DNA from: Candidatus Binatia bacterium
GTDB lineage: Bacteria; Desulfobacterota; Binatia; HRBIN30
DNA length: 64,000 nt
NCBI GenBank assembly: GCA_038245295.1
Contig: JBBRSP010000006.1
Coordinates: 128,001-192,000 of the forward strand
Direction of reading: 5' to 3'
The translations under genes and the position numbers were made by a program. Under the pieces are notes generated by a model. The model saw nothing but the letters and a program-made list of their open reading frames with translations, was not told the origin of the DNA and did no database searches. Below are positions 55,020 to 64,000 of the stretch, in pieces (the first letter of the stretch is position 1; each line of letters begins with the position of its first letter).

Positions 55020-55961
55020 TTAGTTGAGCGCCGCAGTCAGGAGCGATCCGCCGAAGCGTTCCATCTCGATGCGTCGCAGCGGTGCCAATGTTTGGGCCGC
55101 TCCGGTAAAGGCGTTGATGATCCCGAACCGATTCGCCTCGGGGTCGCCAATGTAGCGTGCCATGATTTCATCGGTGAGCTTCTGGCTCATCTTGCGCTCT
55201 TCGGCGATATTCCGGATGACGTCGAACGGATCAGCGATGGGCTCCTCCCTGGTCTTCAGGAATGCGTCGAGCACCTGGCTTGCTACCACGAAGCCGTCGC
55301 CAATCGCCTCGGCCATGCGGCGGGTGAGTTCGTTTGCCGTGAAGTGGATGTGCGCGTGCCGAAAGGCTTTCTCCTCGGCCACCACCAGGTCGTTCGTGCA
55401 TGCTTTGCGGAACACGAACGGCTCGACCGACACGCTTCCCATGCCGACCTCGGAATTGCCAATCATGATGCCAGCCTTCAGGCCACTGGTGGGCTCGACC
55501 AACTCCTCGGAGACGATCTTTAAGAAGCAGTGGGTCTCTTCGAGCACAAACGACTTGATCCGAAGGGTGTCGCTTCTGAGCAGCTCTTCCACCGTCTCGG
55601 CGATCTGCCGGTTGTCGAAAGCGACGTACTCGCCGGAGAGGAAGGCGCGCACGTGAGCGGCTTTGCCGCGCAAGAGAAAAGCTCGTTCACTCATTCGTGA
55701 GAAGTCGAAGTTCGCTACCTTGGCTCTCATGTCGTTCGGCAGCCGCCGGTAGTACGCCACCGGGATACTGAGGCGTTCGCACATTTGACTCGTTGCGAGA
55801 TCCGAGAGCGTCAAAGATTCCGGCGCAGGTCCTCCATTCTTCGCCAAGAGATCGCCGCGCTCACCGATCCAGAGCTGCGGGGTGGGCATCTTGCGATCCC
55901 ATTTTCCGACGTCGTCAGCGGAGATCCGCGTGGCAACGTCATTCCAGGTTACTCGGTCCAT
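55020..55961 (-). CDS. DUF932-like mobile-element protein
   Basis: Q...RL.IP..YY, RAFLS..Y...DN, G..I.NSEVG, F...CTN and N.F...NA.T..AQ motifs; RBS AAGGAGG. Confidence 0.65.
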   Translation of the reverse strand: MDRVTWNDVATRISADDVGKWDRKMPTPQLWIGERGDLLAKNGGPAPESLTLSDLATSQMCERLSIPVAYYRRLPNDMRAKVANFDFSRMSERAFLLRGKAAHVRAFLSGEYVAFDNRQIAETVEELLRSDTLRIKSFVLEETHCFLKIVSEELVEPTSGLKAGIMIGNSEVGMGSVSVEPFVFRKACTNDLVVAEEKAFRHAHIHFTANELTRRMAEAIGDGFVVASQVLDAFLKTREEPIADPFDVIRNIAEERKMSQKLTDEIMARYIGDPEANRFGIINAFTGAAQTLAPLRRIEMERFGGSLLTAALN

Positions 55962-56283
55962 TGTTCTTTCCTCCTTTATTTGAACGATCTGGAGGGAAGC
56001 GTACGGCGAACGATGGATGCGTTGAAGAATGGTCCTTTTGCCGCTCGGGATCATGCCGCTTCTCTTGGCAAGTGAGGAGGTTGAGACACGAAGAGACAGG
56101 GAATTCTCGGCTGCTCACTTGTTGTCCTGTTGAACGGACATCCGCGTCTGAACCGTCCGCCTGGGCAGACAAGCCGTGCTGCGCCCTTGTCCATCAAACA
56201 ATAACCGCCACCGAACTACACAGGCGTAATTCTTGCTTCTAACGGAAGTCAAATTCTGGCTCGAATTAAAGGGGGCAAATTAA

Positions 56284-56766
56284 ATGTGGGCAAGACTGGC
56301 AGCGGTTATCTACTTCTTCTTGTCGCAAATCGGCGGGGGCGGGAGCCTACCTGCACAGAGCGGCATCGTCCTGAGCTGTGCGGGCGCCACGTGCACCCCG
56401 ACATCTACGCGCACACGAACGCCAACACGGACCCGGACACCGACCCCAACATGCACGGAAACACCGACGCCGATCGCAGAACCGGTGGTACACGCTGACA
56501 TCGCGTGCTGGAAAACAGGCGTTCAGTGCTACGCCTGCAACCGGGGCCCGGACGACGCAACGATTCACGGTTTCGTTACGCCCGCGACAATGCCGGCGAG
56601 CCCCGACTTCTCGATCTCGTGTGGCAGTACGCTTTTCGTTTGGGCGGCGGATGGCGCCTCGGATCCGGCATCTGTCACCTGCCTCGTTTCAGTGGTGGGG
56701 AATGGACCGAAGAACATCAGTTGCGGAACGGTGCCGGTATCCTCCTGCGACTGTCTTGCGCCGTGA
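56284..56766 (+). CDS. small secreted Cys-rich protein with Pro/Thr linker
   Basis: Hydrophobic N-terminus, TPT repeats, multiple Cys, RBS AAGGGGG. Confidence 0.5.
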   Translation: MWARLAAVIYFFLSQIGGGGSLPAQSGIVLSCAGATCTPTSTRTRTPTRTRTPTPTCTETPTPIAEPVVHADIACWKTGVQCYACNRGPDDATIHGFVTPATMPASPDFSISCGSTLFVWAADGASDPASVTCLVSVVGNGPKNISCGTVPVSSCDCLAP

Positions 56767-56960
56767 CCATCAGAACTATCTCGTTGGGAAGCACACACTC
56801 ACCGGCTCGCAAGAGCCGGTGAGGACTGCTCCGAACGAGACGCGTCGACAGACCATCGATCGGGAACGGTCGGACCCTGAAGTCGTGTCGCCGGTCTCAA
56901 TTCCAAAGTAGCAGGAACGAGTCTACTACTTTGGAAAGCGCAAGGCTTTGCCAAAGCGGT

Positions 56961-57118
56961 GGACATTGGGTGACTTCAGGTGACTTTGGGTGACATTGAC
57001 CGGGCGGTGTCGACGGCACACCACGCAGCATCCCGAGCTGCCGCGCTGATTCGTCGAGCCTCGGTGGCCACCTCTCCGCTTCCCATCCTGAAGTCACCCA
57101 AAGTCACCTAACGTCACC
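56961..57118. repeat. inverted iteron arrays, putative replication origin
   Basis: Three GGTGAC with 10-bp period (56969-56998) and three GTCACC with 10-bp period (57093-57118). Confidence 0.65.
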
Positions 57119-58458
57119 TGGTCGTCAGTTGGTGCTCGCTGCTCCGCGCCTTCGGCCAGGCCGTACTTCTCGCGCAGGCGCTGGAGCTTTGGGAAGTCTT
57201 CGAGGGCGATGACGTAGCTTCCTTGAACTCGTTGCGGCTTGAGACCAAGGCGCTTTCGTAGAATGCCGCCGATCCACTTGTTCGTCACCTTGCGCTCGTA
57301 TTCGTCACCAAAGCGTTCCGTAAACTCGGTCGTGATCTCTTTGACAGAAAGACGCGACTCGGCGCTGAGAAGCAACAGTTCATTGATGACGTCGACCACT
57401 TGCGCCTCGGTGCTCATCCCTCGCTCGGAAACGGTATCGTGCTGATAGCGGTGCGCGAGCTCCGTGATTTCCAGACGAACGGCCGCATCGTCGATGATGC
57501 TGAGCAAAGGCACGAAGACCTGATTGAGACGCGGTTCGAGGCTCCGGTCGACGAACGCTTCGTTCGGACGGCATCGGGGTAAAGTCCGGAAACGGAACAG
57601 CAGGAGCTTGTTCCGCAGCGCACGTGCTTCATTCTCAAATGCTTCGGGAAGGCTGATCGGAATGTCCTCGCGCAACGGACGTTGCCCCATGTCTTCGGTC
57701 AGGCAGCGACTCTCAAGAGCGTTGTCTTCAAAGAAGCCGCGGGTAGCGATAATCTTCGGCCCAAACACCGCATAGGCGCGCGGGTTGAATTCGCCCTTGC
57801 CGTTCGCCTCGCTCCTGAGCACGGGGAAGCCCCGGCCGTTCCCGTTGTTGAGGATCTTGACGACTTCAGCCTTCGCGTCGGTCTGGCGCCAATCGCTCTC
57901 GTCGACGACGAGAGTGCCGCGAAAGGTGTCGATCAGCCGAAAGATTGGCGAGACGGTTGAGGCGCCACTGGCGAAGATTGGTTTGTAGCAGAGCGATCCG
58001 ACGGTCAGGAGAAACCGGCTTTTGCCGCTGCCGGCGTCACCGCGGACGCGAAGGTATGGCAGCTCGTTGAACCGATCGTAGACCCACGTGAAGAGGATGT
58101 AGTAGCTCGCGATCTGTTCATAGATCGGGCTCAGATCAACGTAGCGATGCAGAAACGCCTGGAGTTCGTGGATCAAGTCAGACTCTGCACCGTACTCCTC
58201 GGGCGCAGACGGAAACATCACGACGCGATGTTTCACGAGGTTGTTGCTGGCGGCGTAGGGCACGAGAGTCTCGGAGGCACTGAGTTCAACGCGGGGCTGT
58301 TCGTGCCACGTGCCGTCGTTCCACACGGCGAAGGACGTCGAGACCTTCTCAGGGTCGTAGACCATTTCCACGACTCGCCCATCGGCAAGCACCGCAGATA
58401 CGGCCGGGACGCCGCGCGAGGTGGTCGGCTCTTGTTTGTCAAGCTGCTTCTCGTCCAT
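57094..58458 (-). CDS. primase-associated P-loop ATPase/helicase
   Basis: PYL..RGDAGSGKS (Walker A), VVDESD (Walker B), FGPK..A and L.SRC motifs; directly follows the primase. Confidence 0.75.
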   Translation of the reverse strand: MDEKQLDKQEPTTSRGVPAVSAVLADGRVVEMVYDPEKVSTSFAVWNDGTWHEQPRVELSASETLVPYAASNNLVKHRVVMFPSAPEEYGAESDLIHELQAFLHRYVDLSPIYEQIASYYILFTWVYDRFNELPYLRVRGDAGSGKSRFLLTVGSLCYKPIFASGASTVSPIFRLIDTFRGTLVVDESDWRQTDAKAEVVKILNNGNGRGFPVLRSEANGKGEFNPRAYAVFGPKIIATRGFFEDNALESRCLTEDMGQRPLREDIPISLPEAFENEARALRNKLLLFRFRTLPRCRPNEAFVDRSLEPRLNQVFVPLLSIIDDAAVRLEITELAHRYQHDTVSERGMSTEAQVVDVINELLLLSAESRLSVKEITTEFTERFGDEYERKVTNKWIGGILRKRLGLKPQRVQGSYVIALEDFPKLQRLREKYGLAEGAEQRAPTDDQVTLGDFG

Positions 58459-59518
58459 CGGTTTGAGAGTGAAGGTTTTCCAAAAACTCAAGCGCTTTCA
58501 GGAACGGTAACCGCTCGACGGCGATCACGAACGTGATCACGTCACCGTACCGGCCGCAGCCGTAGCAGCGGAACCGACCGGCCTCGGGGTACACCATGAG
58601 CGAGGGGTAGTGGTCTTCGTGGAAGGGGCACCGGCCACGCAGACTCGCGCCGGACGGGCGCAGTTGGATGTAGCGCTCGATCAGATCGCCAATGGGAACC
58701 GCCGCCTTTACGTCAGCAACGCGACGACTCACTTCGTTGAAGGGACGCGAAAGACCAGACGACGGTATCACCGGTAGGGTCACGGGAAGCACGGGTACCG
58801 GCGTCGCTCGCTCAAGGAGCCCGAGAAAGTCTTCGCGCGTGTGTTGAAGTCGCACGAAGAAGTCGGTGATGTCACCGGCCGGACCCACCTCGTCGGGTAA
58901 CTGGACGATTTTTGCATGTGGCAGGAATTGGCCGACGCGCAGCGCTCCAGCCCGGCCGGCGCCGTCGAGATCAAAGCAGAGGTAGATCTCCGGAATTGGT
59001 GCGAGATCATCAACCCACTCGGTACGGAGGGTACCCGCGCCACCGGTCGACGTCACGGCCGCGAAGCCGTGCGACTCCAAGACCAGTCGATCGAACTCGC
59101 CTTCGCAAATGATGAGGCGGCACGGTTTCGCGAGCACACGCTCCCAACCGTAGAGTTCTACTGACCCGCCGCGCGACGTCAGCATTTTTGGATCGTCGTT
59201 GCTGCCTTCCGGATCCCTCGCCAGTTTGAAGCAAACCACTTCGTCCAAGCGGTTGCGGATCGGAATCGTAATGCGCCGACCGTTCCAACCGAGCTGATGG
59301 AGTGTGATCACCTCGTCCGCGATACCGCGCGCCACAAGATACGTGCGAATGCGGTCGGGCAGCGCTTCGTGGTACCGAATGGCTTGGGCGCGAAGGTCGT
59401 CATGCATGATTCGCACGGTACGACAGTCTACTACGTGGCCGAAGGCGGCGCGGTATGGCGACAACGGCAAGTCGGCCAGTCTTCGGTGCATTGAGGACGA
59501 CGCGTAGGATGGACGCAT
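58439..59518 (-). CDS. DNA primase-like protein (Toprim plus C-terminal CHC2 zinc finger)
   Basis: YL..RGI, ICEGEFD, CFD.D.AG and DITDF motifs; CPFHED..PS...F.CYGC at the C-terminus; start uncertain (59407 possible). Confidence 0.82.
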   Translation of the reverse strand: MRPSYASSSMHRRLADLPLSPYRAAFGHVVDCRTVRIMHDDLRAQAIRYHEALPDRIRTYLVARGIADEVITLHQLGWNGRRITIPIRNRLDEVVCFKLARDPEGSNDDPKMLTSRGGSVELYGWERVLAKPCRLIICEGEFDRLVLESHGFAAVTSTGGAGTLRTEWVDDLAPIPEIYLCFDLDGAGRAGALRVGQFLPHAKIVQLPDEVGPAGDITDFFVRLQHTREDFLGLLERATPVPVLPVTLPVIPSSGLSRPFNEVSRRVADVKAAVPIGDLIERYIQLRPSGASLRGRCPFHEDHYPSLMVYPEAGRFRCYGCGRYGDVITFVIAVERLPFLKALEFLENLHSQTDGREAA

Positions 59519-59688
59519 GTCTACTCGCTTGCCTTACATTTCACGTCTTGAAGCGTGTCTTGAACCCCCAATCCCTGAGCGCTCAGCCGGGGTGCGATCT
59601 GGTCAACTTGCGCGAGTGGGTGGTACCCTGTGGGTACCCACGGGTGGCGGGCTAGCCTCCTCCCGGTGTTGCTCATCGACAACTTAAT

Positions 59689-59916
59689 ATGGCGGTTGAA
59701 CGACGCGAACTGACTTCGCTCCGTCATCTCCTCACCCTAGGAGAGGTGGCGGAGTTTCTGCGCATCTCAAAAACCAGCGTCTATCGGCTCGTCGATCGGC
59801 GCGAACTTTCCTGCTGCCGTGTCGGTCGCAGCCTCAGGTTCACGATCCACGATGTAGATACCTACTTGCGTAGTCAACGCATCGGACCAACTGCCGCTGA
59901 TCAAGACAACCTATGA
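59689..59916 (+). CDS. excisionase family HTH protein
   Basis: LLTL.EVAEFLRISKTSVYRL....L...RVGRSLRF motif. Confidence 0.88.
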   Translation: MAVERRELTSLRHLLTLGEVAEFLRISKTSVYRLVDRRELSCCRVGRSLRFTIHDVDTYLRSQRIGPTAADQDNL

Positions 59917-61100
59917 GCGCACGGAAAATAGGACACTCCTGGTGGGTGGATTTCCGACACGCTCACCAGAGAATTAGAAAACGAAGTCCAGACAACAGTC
60001 GCGCTGGCGCTGCGGTATTCGAGGCGACGCTGCGCGGTCGCTTGGCTCGCGGAGAACCGCTGTTTCCAGCGGTGCACCGACCCCAGCCAAAGCCGCGCTT
60101 CGAAGTGTTCGCCTGGCACTGGTACGACGTCTATGTGAAGACCAACAACAAGCCGTCCGAGCAGCGGACGAAGCGAATAGTCCTCCGAAGGCACCTCGTA
60201 CCGTGTTTTGGGAAGTCCGCTCTCGACGCGATCACGGCGCTCCACATCGAGCAATTCAAGGCGTCGCAACTTAAGTCGGGCCTTGCCCCAAAGACTGTCA
60301 ACAACTCCCTAGCGATCCTTGGAAAATGCCTTCGAACCGCAGAAGAATGGGGCGAGGTTGTTCGCATGCCCAAGATCAAGCCGTTGCAGGTGCCGCCGCA
60401 GAAGTTCGACTTCCTGTCGGTCGAAGAAGCGAATCGGCTCATCCGCGCAGGGAACGATCCTCAGTGGCGAGCGATGGTCGTAGTCGCACTTCGAACCGGT
60501 CTCCGGCTCGGCGAGCTACTCGCGCTCGATTGGACAGATATCGATCTGGAAGCCTCGAGACTCACGGTACGGCGGTCGGTCTTCGGGAACCAGTTCGTTT
60601 CGCCGAAGAGCAACCGCATCCGGCACATTCCGCTCACAGATCAGACGCTACGGGTGCTCTGCGCGATCAAACAACCGGCCGGTCTTGTTTTCAAGCGCCG
60701 CGGTCCCGGACCTCTGAATCGTAAGACCCCAGCAAGAGTGATTTCGCTCCTTTGCACCGCAGCGGGCATTCGCCAAATCGGATGGCACGTCCTCCGACAT
60801 ACATTCGCCAGTCACCTGGCGATGGGCGGCGTTAGCATGAAGGCAATTCAGGAACTGCTTGGCCATTCAGACATTCGAACGACGATGCGCTACGCCCATC
60901 TGACTCCATCGATACTGCAGGACGCAGTGCGCGTTCTCGAGTCCGAGCCGACGCCAGCGGACACGCTTGTTGGGCAACCGGCGGGCAACGCTTTTGTAGC
61001 CGCCGTGGAGGACAAACAAAAACACCCCAGTATACGGGGCGTTTCTGCGGAATTTGTTGGCTCGGGAGGTGGGATTCGAAACGCCGGGCACGACGTTTGA
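59913..61100 (+). CDS. tyrosine integrase (second)
   Basis: TGLRLGEL, PKS, HVLRHTFAS, LLGH and RYAH: complete catalytic set. Confidence 0.95.
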   Translation: MSARKIGHSWWVDFRHAHQRIRKRSPDNSRAGAAVFEATLRGRLARGEPLFPAVHRPQPKPRFEVFAWHWYDVYVKTNNKPSEQRTKRIVLRRHLVPCFGKSALDAITALHIEQFKASQLKSGLAPKTVNNSLAILGKCLRTAEEWGEVVRMPKIKPLQVPPQKFDFLSVEEANRLIRAGNDPQWRAMVVVALRTGLRLGELLALDWTDIDLEASRLTVRRSVFGNQFVSPKSNRIRHIPLTDQTLRVLCAIKQPAGLVFKRRGPGPLNRKTPARVISLLCTAAGIRQIGWHVLRHTFASHLAMGGVSMKAIQELLGHSDIRTTMRYAHLTPSILQDAVRVLESEPTPADTLVGQPAGNAFVAAVEDKQKHPSIRGVSAEFVGSGGGIRNAGHDV

Positions 61101-61219
61101 GAAGTACTGCAAATCAACAACTATCGCGGTACGACATAGGTGATCATCATTTGCAGTGATCTGCACATGGAACACCCTGTCGCCACCATTTGTCACCTCG
61201 TGGGCAACAGATGGGCAAC
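60971..61219. other. attP-like site: tRNA 3'-end core with arm-type repeats on both sides
   Basis: Minus-strand TTCGAATCCCACCTCCCGAGCCA (61058-61080); GGGCAAC pairs 11 bp apart at 60972/60983 and 61202/61213. Confidence 0.7.
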
Positions 61220-61292
61220 ACATCTGGGAGGGTGACGAATGCGGAATGCAAAGGGCGGAGCTACGGCTCCGTTCTTTGCATTCCGCGACGGA

Positions 61293-63998
61293 TTACGAGT
61301 GCTCGCCCGCTGAGGCGTCACCAATTGCTTGCCCCCAACGAAGACGGTATCGGCGTTCGCGTTCCAGAAATGCACGCTCACCACCTTCGAGGATATCGCA
61401 AACAAGCCGGCGAATTGTCGGGTGCTCCAGCGATCCGCTTCGATACGACATCGTTGGCAGGCCACCTGTTGGACTGGACGTGACCGCCGCAACGATCACT
61501 TGGTCGACGTCGGCGTTGACGACAAGGTTCGCGTTGTGGGTGACGATGATCACCTGTCGCCGCTTCCGAGCTTGGCGAAAGTGGGGCACCAACTCCCGGA
61601 ACACGGAGTTCGGATCAAGGTTTTCTTCGGGTTGGTCGATGATCAATGGGCGTCGATCATGATGGTCGACCGCCAAATACAGAAGCAGGAGAACGATTCC
61701 GCGCGTTCCGGGCGATAGTTGCTCAATCGGCACACCGTCGTATTCAATACTGTAGCGAACTCGCAGATGATGGGTTCCGTAGAGCCATGCCCCGACTTGC
61801 TGGTTCCATCGAGGGCGGTTCTCGGTTGCAATAGTGCCGGGTCTGCCGGCAACGATGTCCTTACCGAAGTGCTCCCGAAAACCTTCTATCGCGCGCGCAA
61901 CCTCTTCAGACGTGCCGCCCCGCCACGGTTTGAGCAGGTACATTTGTGCATGATTGGCGAGGGAACCTTGTCCTCGGAACTCTCCGGCATTTCGGAGGTC
62001 GAGCAACTGTTCTCCCTCCGATGCCCACGAGACGATATCAACTGAGCGCTGGACGACGAACTTGAGCTTGCTTAGTGCACCCGTGGATTGATGAAAGGAG
62101 GCCGCCAGCGGGAGATAGAGGGTACGCAGCGCCTCCTCTTCTTCGACAAATGTGTCGACGACGCTGGTATACGTCTCCTTCCGTAGATCCAGTAGGGTTC
62201 GACGCCGCATGTCCGCCCCTTCGGCATGTTTAATCTCCTCGTGCAGCCGACCAAGCTTGAGATCGTTCTCGTTCACAGCTCGTTGGAGGATGTCGAAGGT
62301 TCTCTGCTTCCCAGCGTCGGCGCCTACGTCTTTCTTGAGCTGATCTCGATGTCGGCGGAGGACGATCACCGGCCAGTCTACCGTCGGTGGCAGTGTCTCG
62401 TTGACGACGAGACCAGGCTTGCCATTGATCAGGGAATCAATGGTTTGATCAAGTTCTTGTAGTTTCTTCGTAAGCAAAGCCGCCACGTCACCCTTGAACA
62501 CCATCTGAAACAAGTCCCAATCGGCCAACTCAAGACCGGCCGCGTTGAACCGACGTCGCATCTCCGACACTCGCGACGGCTCGTTCGCAAGAATGCGTTG
62601 CGTTTCTGCACGAAGGTCGTCCGCTGACTTCCTTCGTAGCCGCAAGTTCTCCACCTGCGCTTCCGCGGCTCGACATACTGTCTCGACGCGGGACAGCTCT
62701 CGGCCTCGCTCCTGCATTCCCTTTGGGAGGATCTGGCCTAGTTGTTTGCGGTCACTCTCCAGCTGCTTCTCCAAAACGACACATGCCTTCTTCTGGTCCG
62801 GTAACCGGTCCTTCAGCGACTCCTCACGGGCAACCTCATCGGAGATCCTGTCAATTGCTTTCTGGAGTTCACCGCGTCGCTCCCTGATAGGATTGACCGC
62901 GGTGTCGACGAGTTGATCAAACGACTCCGCTTCTAGACGGTCCGTAGGATCAGTCTCCAAGAAGACGAGTCGTTCCATTTCCTTCCGAAGCTCACTCGCC
63001 AGACCGGCCGAGGAGCACAGTTCCTCTACAAAGTGTTGCGACAAATACCGCGCGTTTTCGTCTTGGAGATCGTCGGTCTGCCAGGGAGGACCCAACGCTT
63101 TGGCCGCCGATGTCTCTCCGGAATACCACGTCAGTTGTACCTGTTCCTCGAGGAGTTGCTCTGCTGCGCGGTACAAGAACGACGACGCACCGGGTGAGTT
63201 CGTCATGGCACCGGCGCCGACGGCGATGATATCCGCGAGGGCTGTCTTCCCCGATCCACGAGGGCCGATGATCGCGATCATTCCTTGGTTGAGATCAAGT
63301 GACTTGTTTTCGATCCATGGAGCACCGAAAATTTCCACGCGTGAAATGCATGACGAAGACGGCGGTGGAGTCGGCGGCTCTGCCCCTATCCAGACACGTT
63401 CCTCGGGCTCAAGAACCGCTTGACGCAACGCCTCGAAGGACAGGTCTCCCTTGATCCAGCAAAACCGATCTTGAGCTGGAGCAGCAACCAGGTCGAGTCG
63501 ATGGGCGTCCGACCCATGGAGACACGGCTTCAGGCTTCCGAAGGTTTCCTCGATCCAGGCAGGAGGACTTCCCTCCTTCTGGCCGAGCCAAAACGTTCGC
63601 TCGCTCGGAGTCCCGGCAAAGATGACGTGCGCGGTACGTAGGATCTCCTGGCGAAACGAGGCGAACGAATCGTCATGTTGAATGCCAGCCGTTCCATCAG
63701 TGGAACTCGCGCAGGCAGCGATCAAGCAGTTTTGCTGTAGCCAGTCGTCGCTTCGGAAGACTTGTTTTAGCTGCGCCAGCGAGACCTTGAATTGATTCGC
63801 GCCTTCACTCACGGCCGTCGCCCCGCTCACTCCTGGAATGTGTTTCTTGCCAAGTCTTGCCAGATCATCTCGAACGCAGGCGAAGGTTTCGCCGTCAACT
63901 TCAATGGTGAATCGACGAAGAGTGCGTTCGATACGCTCTTCGTGGTCGGAATCGAATGGTGAGAAGAGGAGATGGAGGTTGATGCCTGGTCCCTTCTC
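61293..63998 (-). CDS. PHP domain-ABC/SMC-like ATPase (TrlF/Ppl-like), 5'-partial
   Basis: INLHLLF and HGSDAH (PHP); GPRGSGKT, YLSQ, coiled coil, LSPG, IIDQPEENLD and VTHN; frame open to the window edge. Confidence 0.85.
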   Translation of the reverse strand, partial: EKGPGINLHLLFSPFDSDHEERIERTLRRFTIEVDGETFACVRDDLARLGKKHIPGVSGATAVSEGANQFKVSLAQLKQVFRSDDWLQQNCLIAACASSTDGTAGIQHDDSFASFRQEILRTAHVIFAGTPSERTFWLGQKEGSPPAWIEETFGSLKPCLHGSDAHRLDLVAAPAQDRFCWIKGDLSFEALRQAVLEPEERVWIGAEPPTPPPSSSCISRVEIFGAPWIENKSLDLNQGMIAIIGPRGSGKTALADIIAVGAGAMTNSPGASSFLYRAAEQLLEEQVQLTWYSGETSAAKALGPPWQTDDLQDENARYLSQHFVEELCSSAGLASELRKEMERLVFLETDPTDRLEAESFDQLVDTAVNPIRERRGELQKAIDRISDEVAREESLKDRLPDQKKACVVLEKQLESDRKQLGQILPKGMQERGRELSRVETVCRAAEAQVENLRLRRKSADDLRAETQRILANEPSRVSEMRRRFNAAGLELADWDLFQMVFKGDVAALLTKKLQELDQTIDSLINGKPGLVVNETLPPTVDWPVIVLRRHRDQLKKDVGADAGKQRTFDILQRAVNENDLKLGRLHEEIKHAEGADMRRRTLLDLRKETYTSVVDTFVEEEEALRTLYLPLAASFHQSTGALSKLKFVVQRSVDIVSWASEGEQLLDLRNAGEFRGQGSLANHAQMYLLKPWRGGTSEEVARAIEGFREHFGKDIVAGRPGTIATENRPRWNQQVGAWLYGTHHLRVRYSIEYDGVPIEQLSPGTRGIVLLLLYLAVDHHDRRPLIIDQPEENLDPNSVFRELVPHFRQARKRRQVIIVTHNANLVVNADVDQVIVAAVTSSPTGGLPTMSYRSGSLEHPTIRRLVCDILEGGERAFLERERRYRLRWGQAIGDASAGEHS

Positions 63999-64000
63999 AG

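Larger units (their letters stand above)
44236..64000. mobile_element. genomic island/integrative mobilizable element inserted at the ssrA 3' end (right end not in window)
   Basis: Integrase abuts and overlaps ssrA; followed by xis, relaxase, coupling-type ATPase, primase, second integrase and a defence-type gene; no second copy of the ssrA 3' end noticed. Confidence 0.85.

Noticed and set aside
56961..57118. CRISPR array or simple tandem repeat
   Set aside because: Units are 10 bp with no unique spacers, and no cas genes are in the window. No CRISPR array was seen anywhere.
61058..61080. tRNA gene on the minus strand
   Set aside because: Only the T-loop to CCA portion is present; the upstream sequence cannot form the T-stem 5' strand, anticodon arm or D arm. 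Treated as an att core.
44236..64000. Prophage or self-transmissible ICE
   Set aside because: No capsid, terminase, tail or VirB-type mating-pair genes are visible in the window; they could lie beyond it.

Overview
GC-rich bacterial chromosome segment. The gene content (secreted Cys-rich and CTERM-type proteins, WS/DGATs, cofD, lipid catabolism) suggests a Deltaproteobacteria/Binatia-like host, which is inference only. Bases 1-43.9 kb are chromosomal metabolism: a TPP enzyme, a sigma54-type tetraheme cytochrome c/4Fe-4S/NrfD operon, a phosphoesterase, a fused GltD/FNR (NfnAB-like) oxidoreductase, an acyl-CoA catabolic operon with TetR and cofD, an LPMO-like protein, pfkA, two wax ester synthases and hydrolases. 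This part also holds several REP-like palindromes, an IS4-like MITE, three broken genes and a RelE-like/UvrD/ankyrin protein. The tmRNA gene ssrA (43886-44260, tag ADNNFALAA) is the insertion site of a genomic island that runs past the window end. The most notable feature is a roughly 7.5 kb, tightly coupled minus-strand run of ten genes (51662->44186). It joins a bacterial ubiquitin-like conjugation cassette (11-mer repeat peptide, Ubl with a C-terminal extension, E2, JAB-E1 fusion lacking the usual catalytic Cys) directly to mobilisation and integration genes (membrane protein, VirD4-like ATPase, 8-Cys zinc protein, replication-relaxase, excisionase, integrase). The island also carries a primase/ATPase replicon with inverted iterons, a second xis-int module with an apparently intact tRNA-type attP, and a PHP-ATPase defence-type gene cut by the window edge. 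All family calls come from reading motifs by eye, not from database searches.
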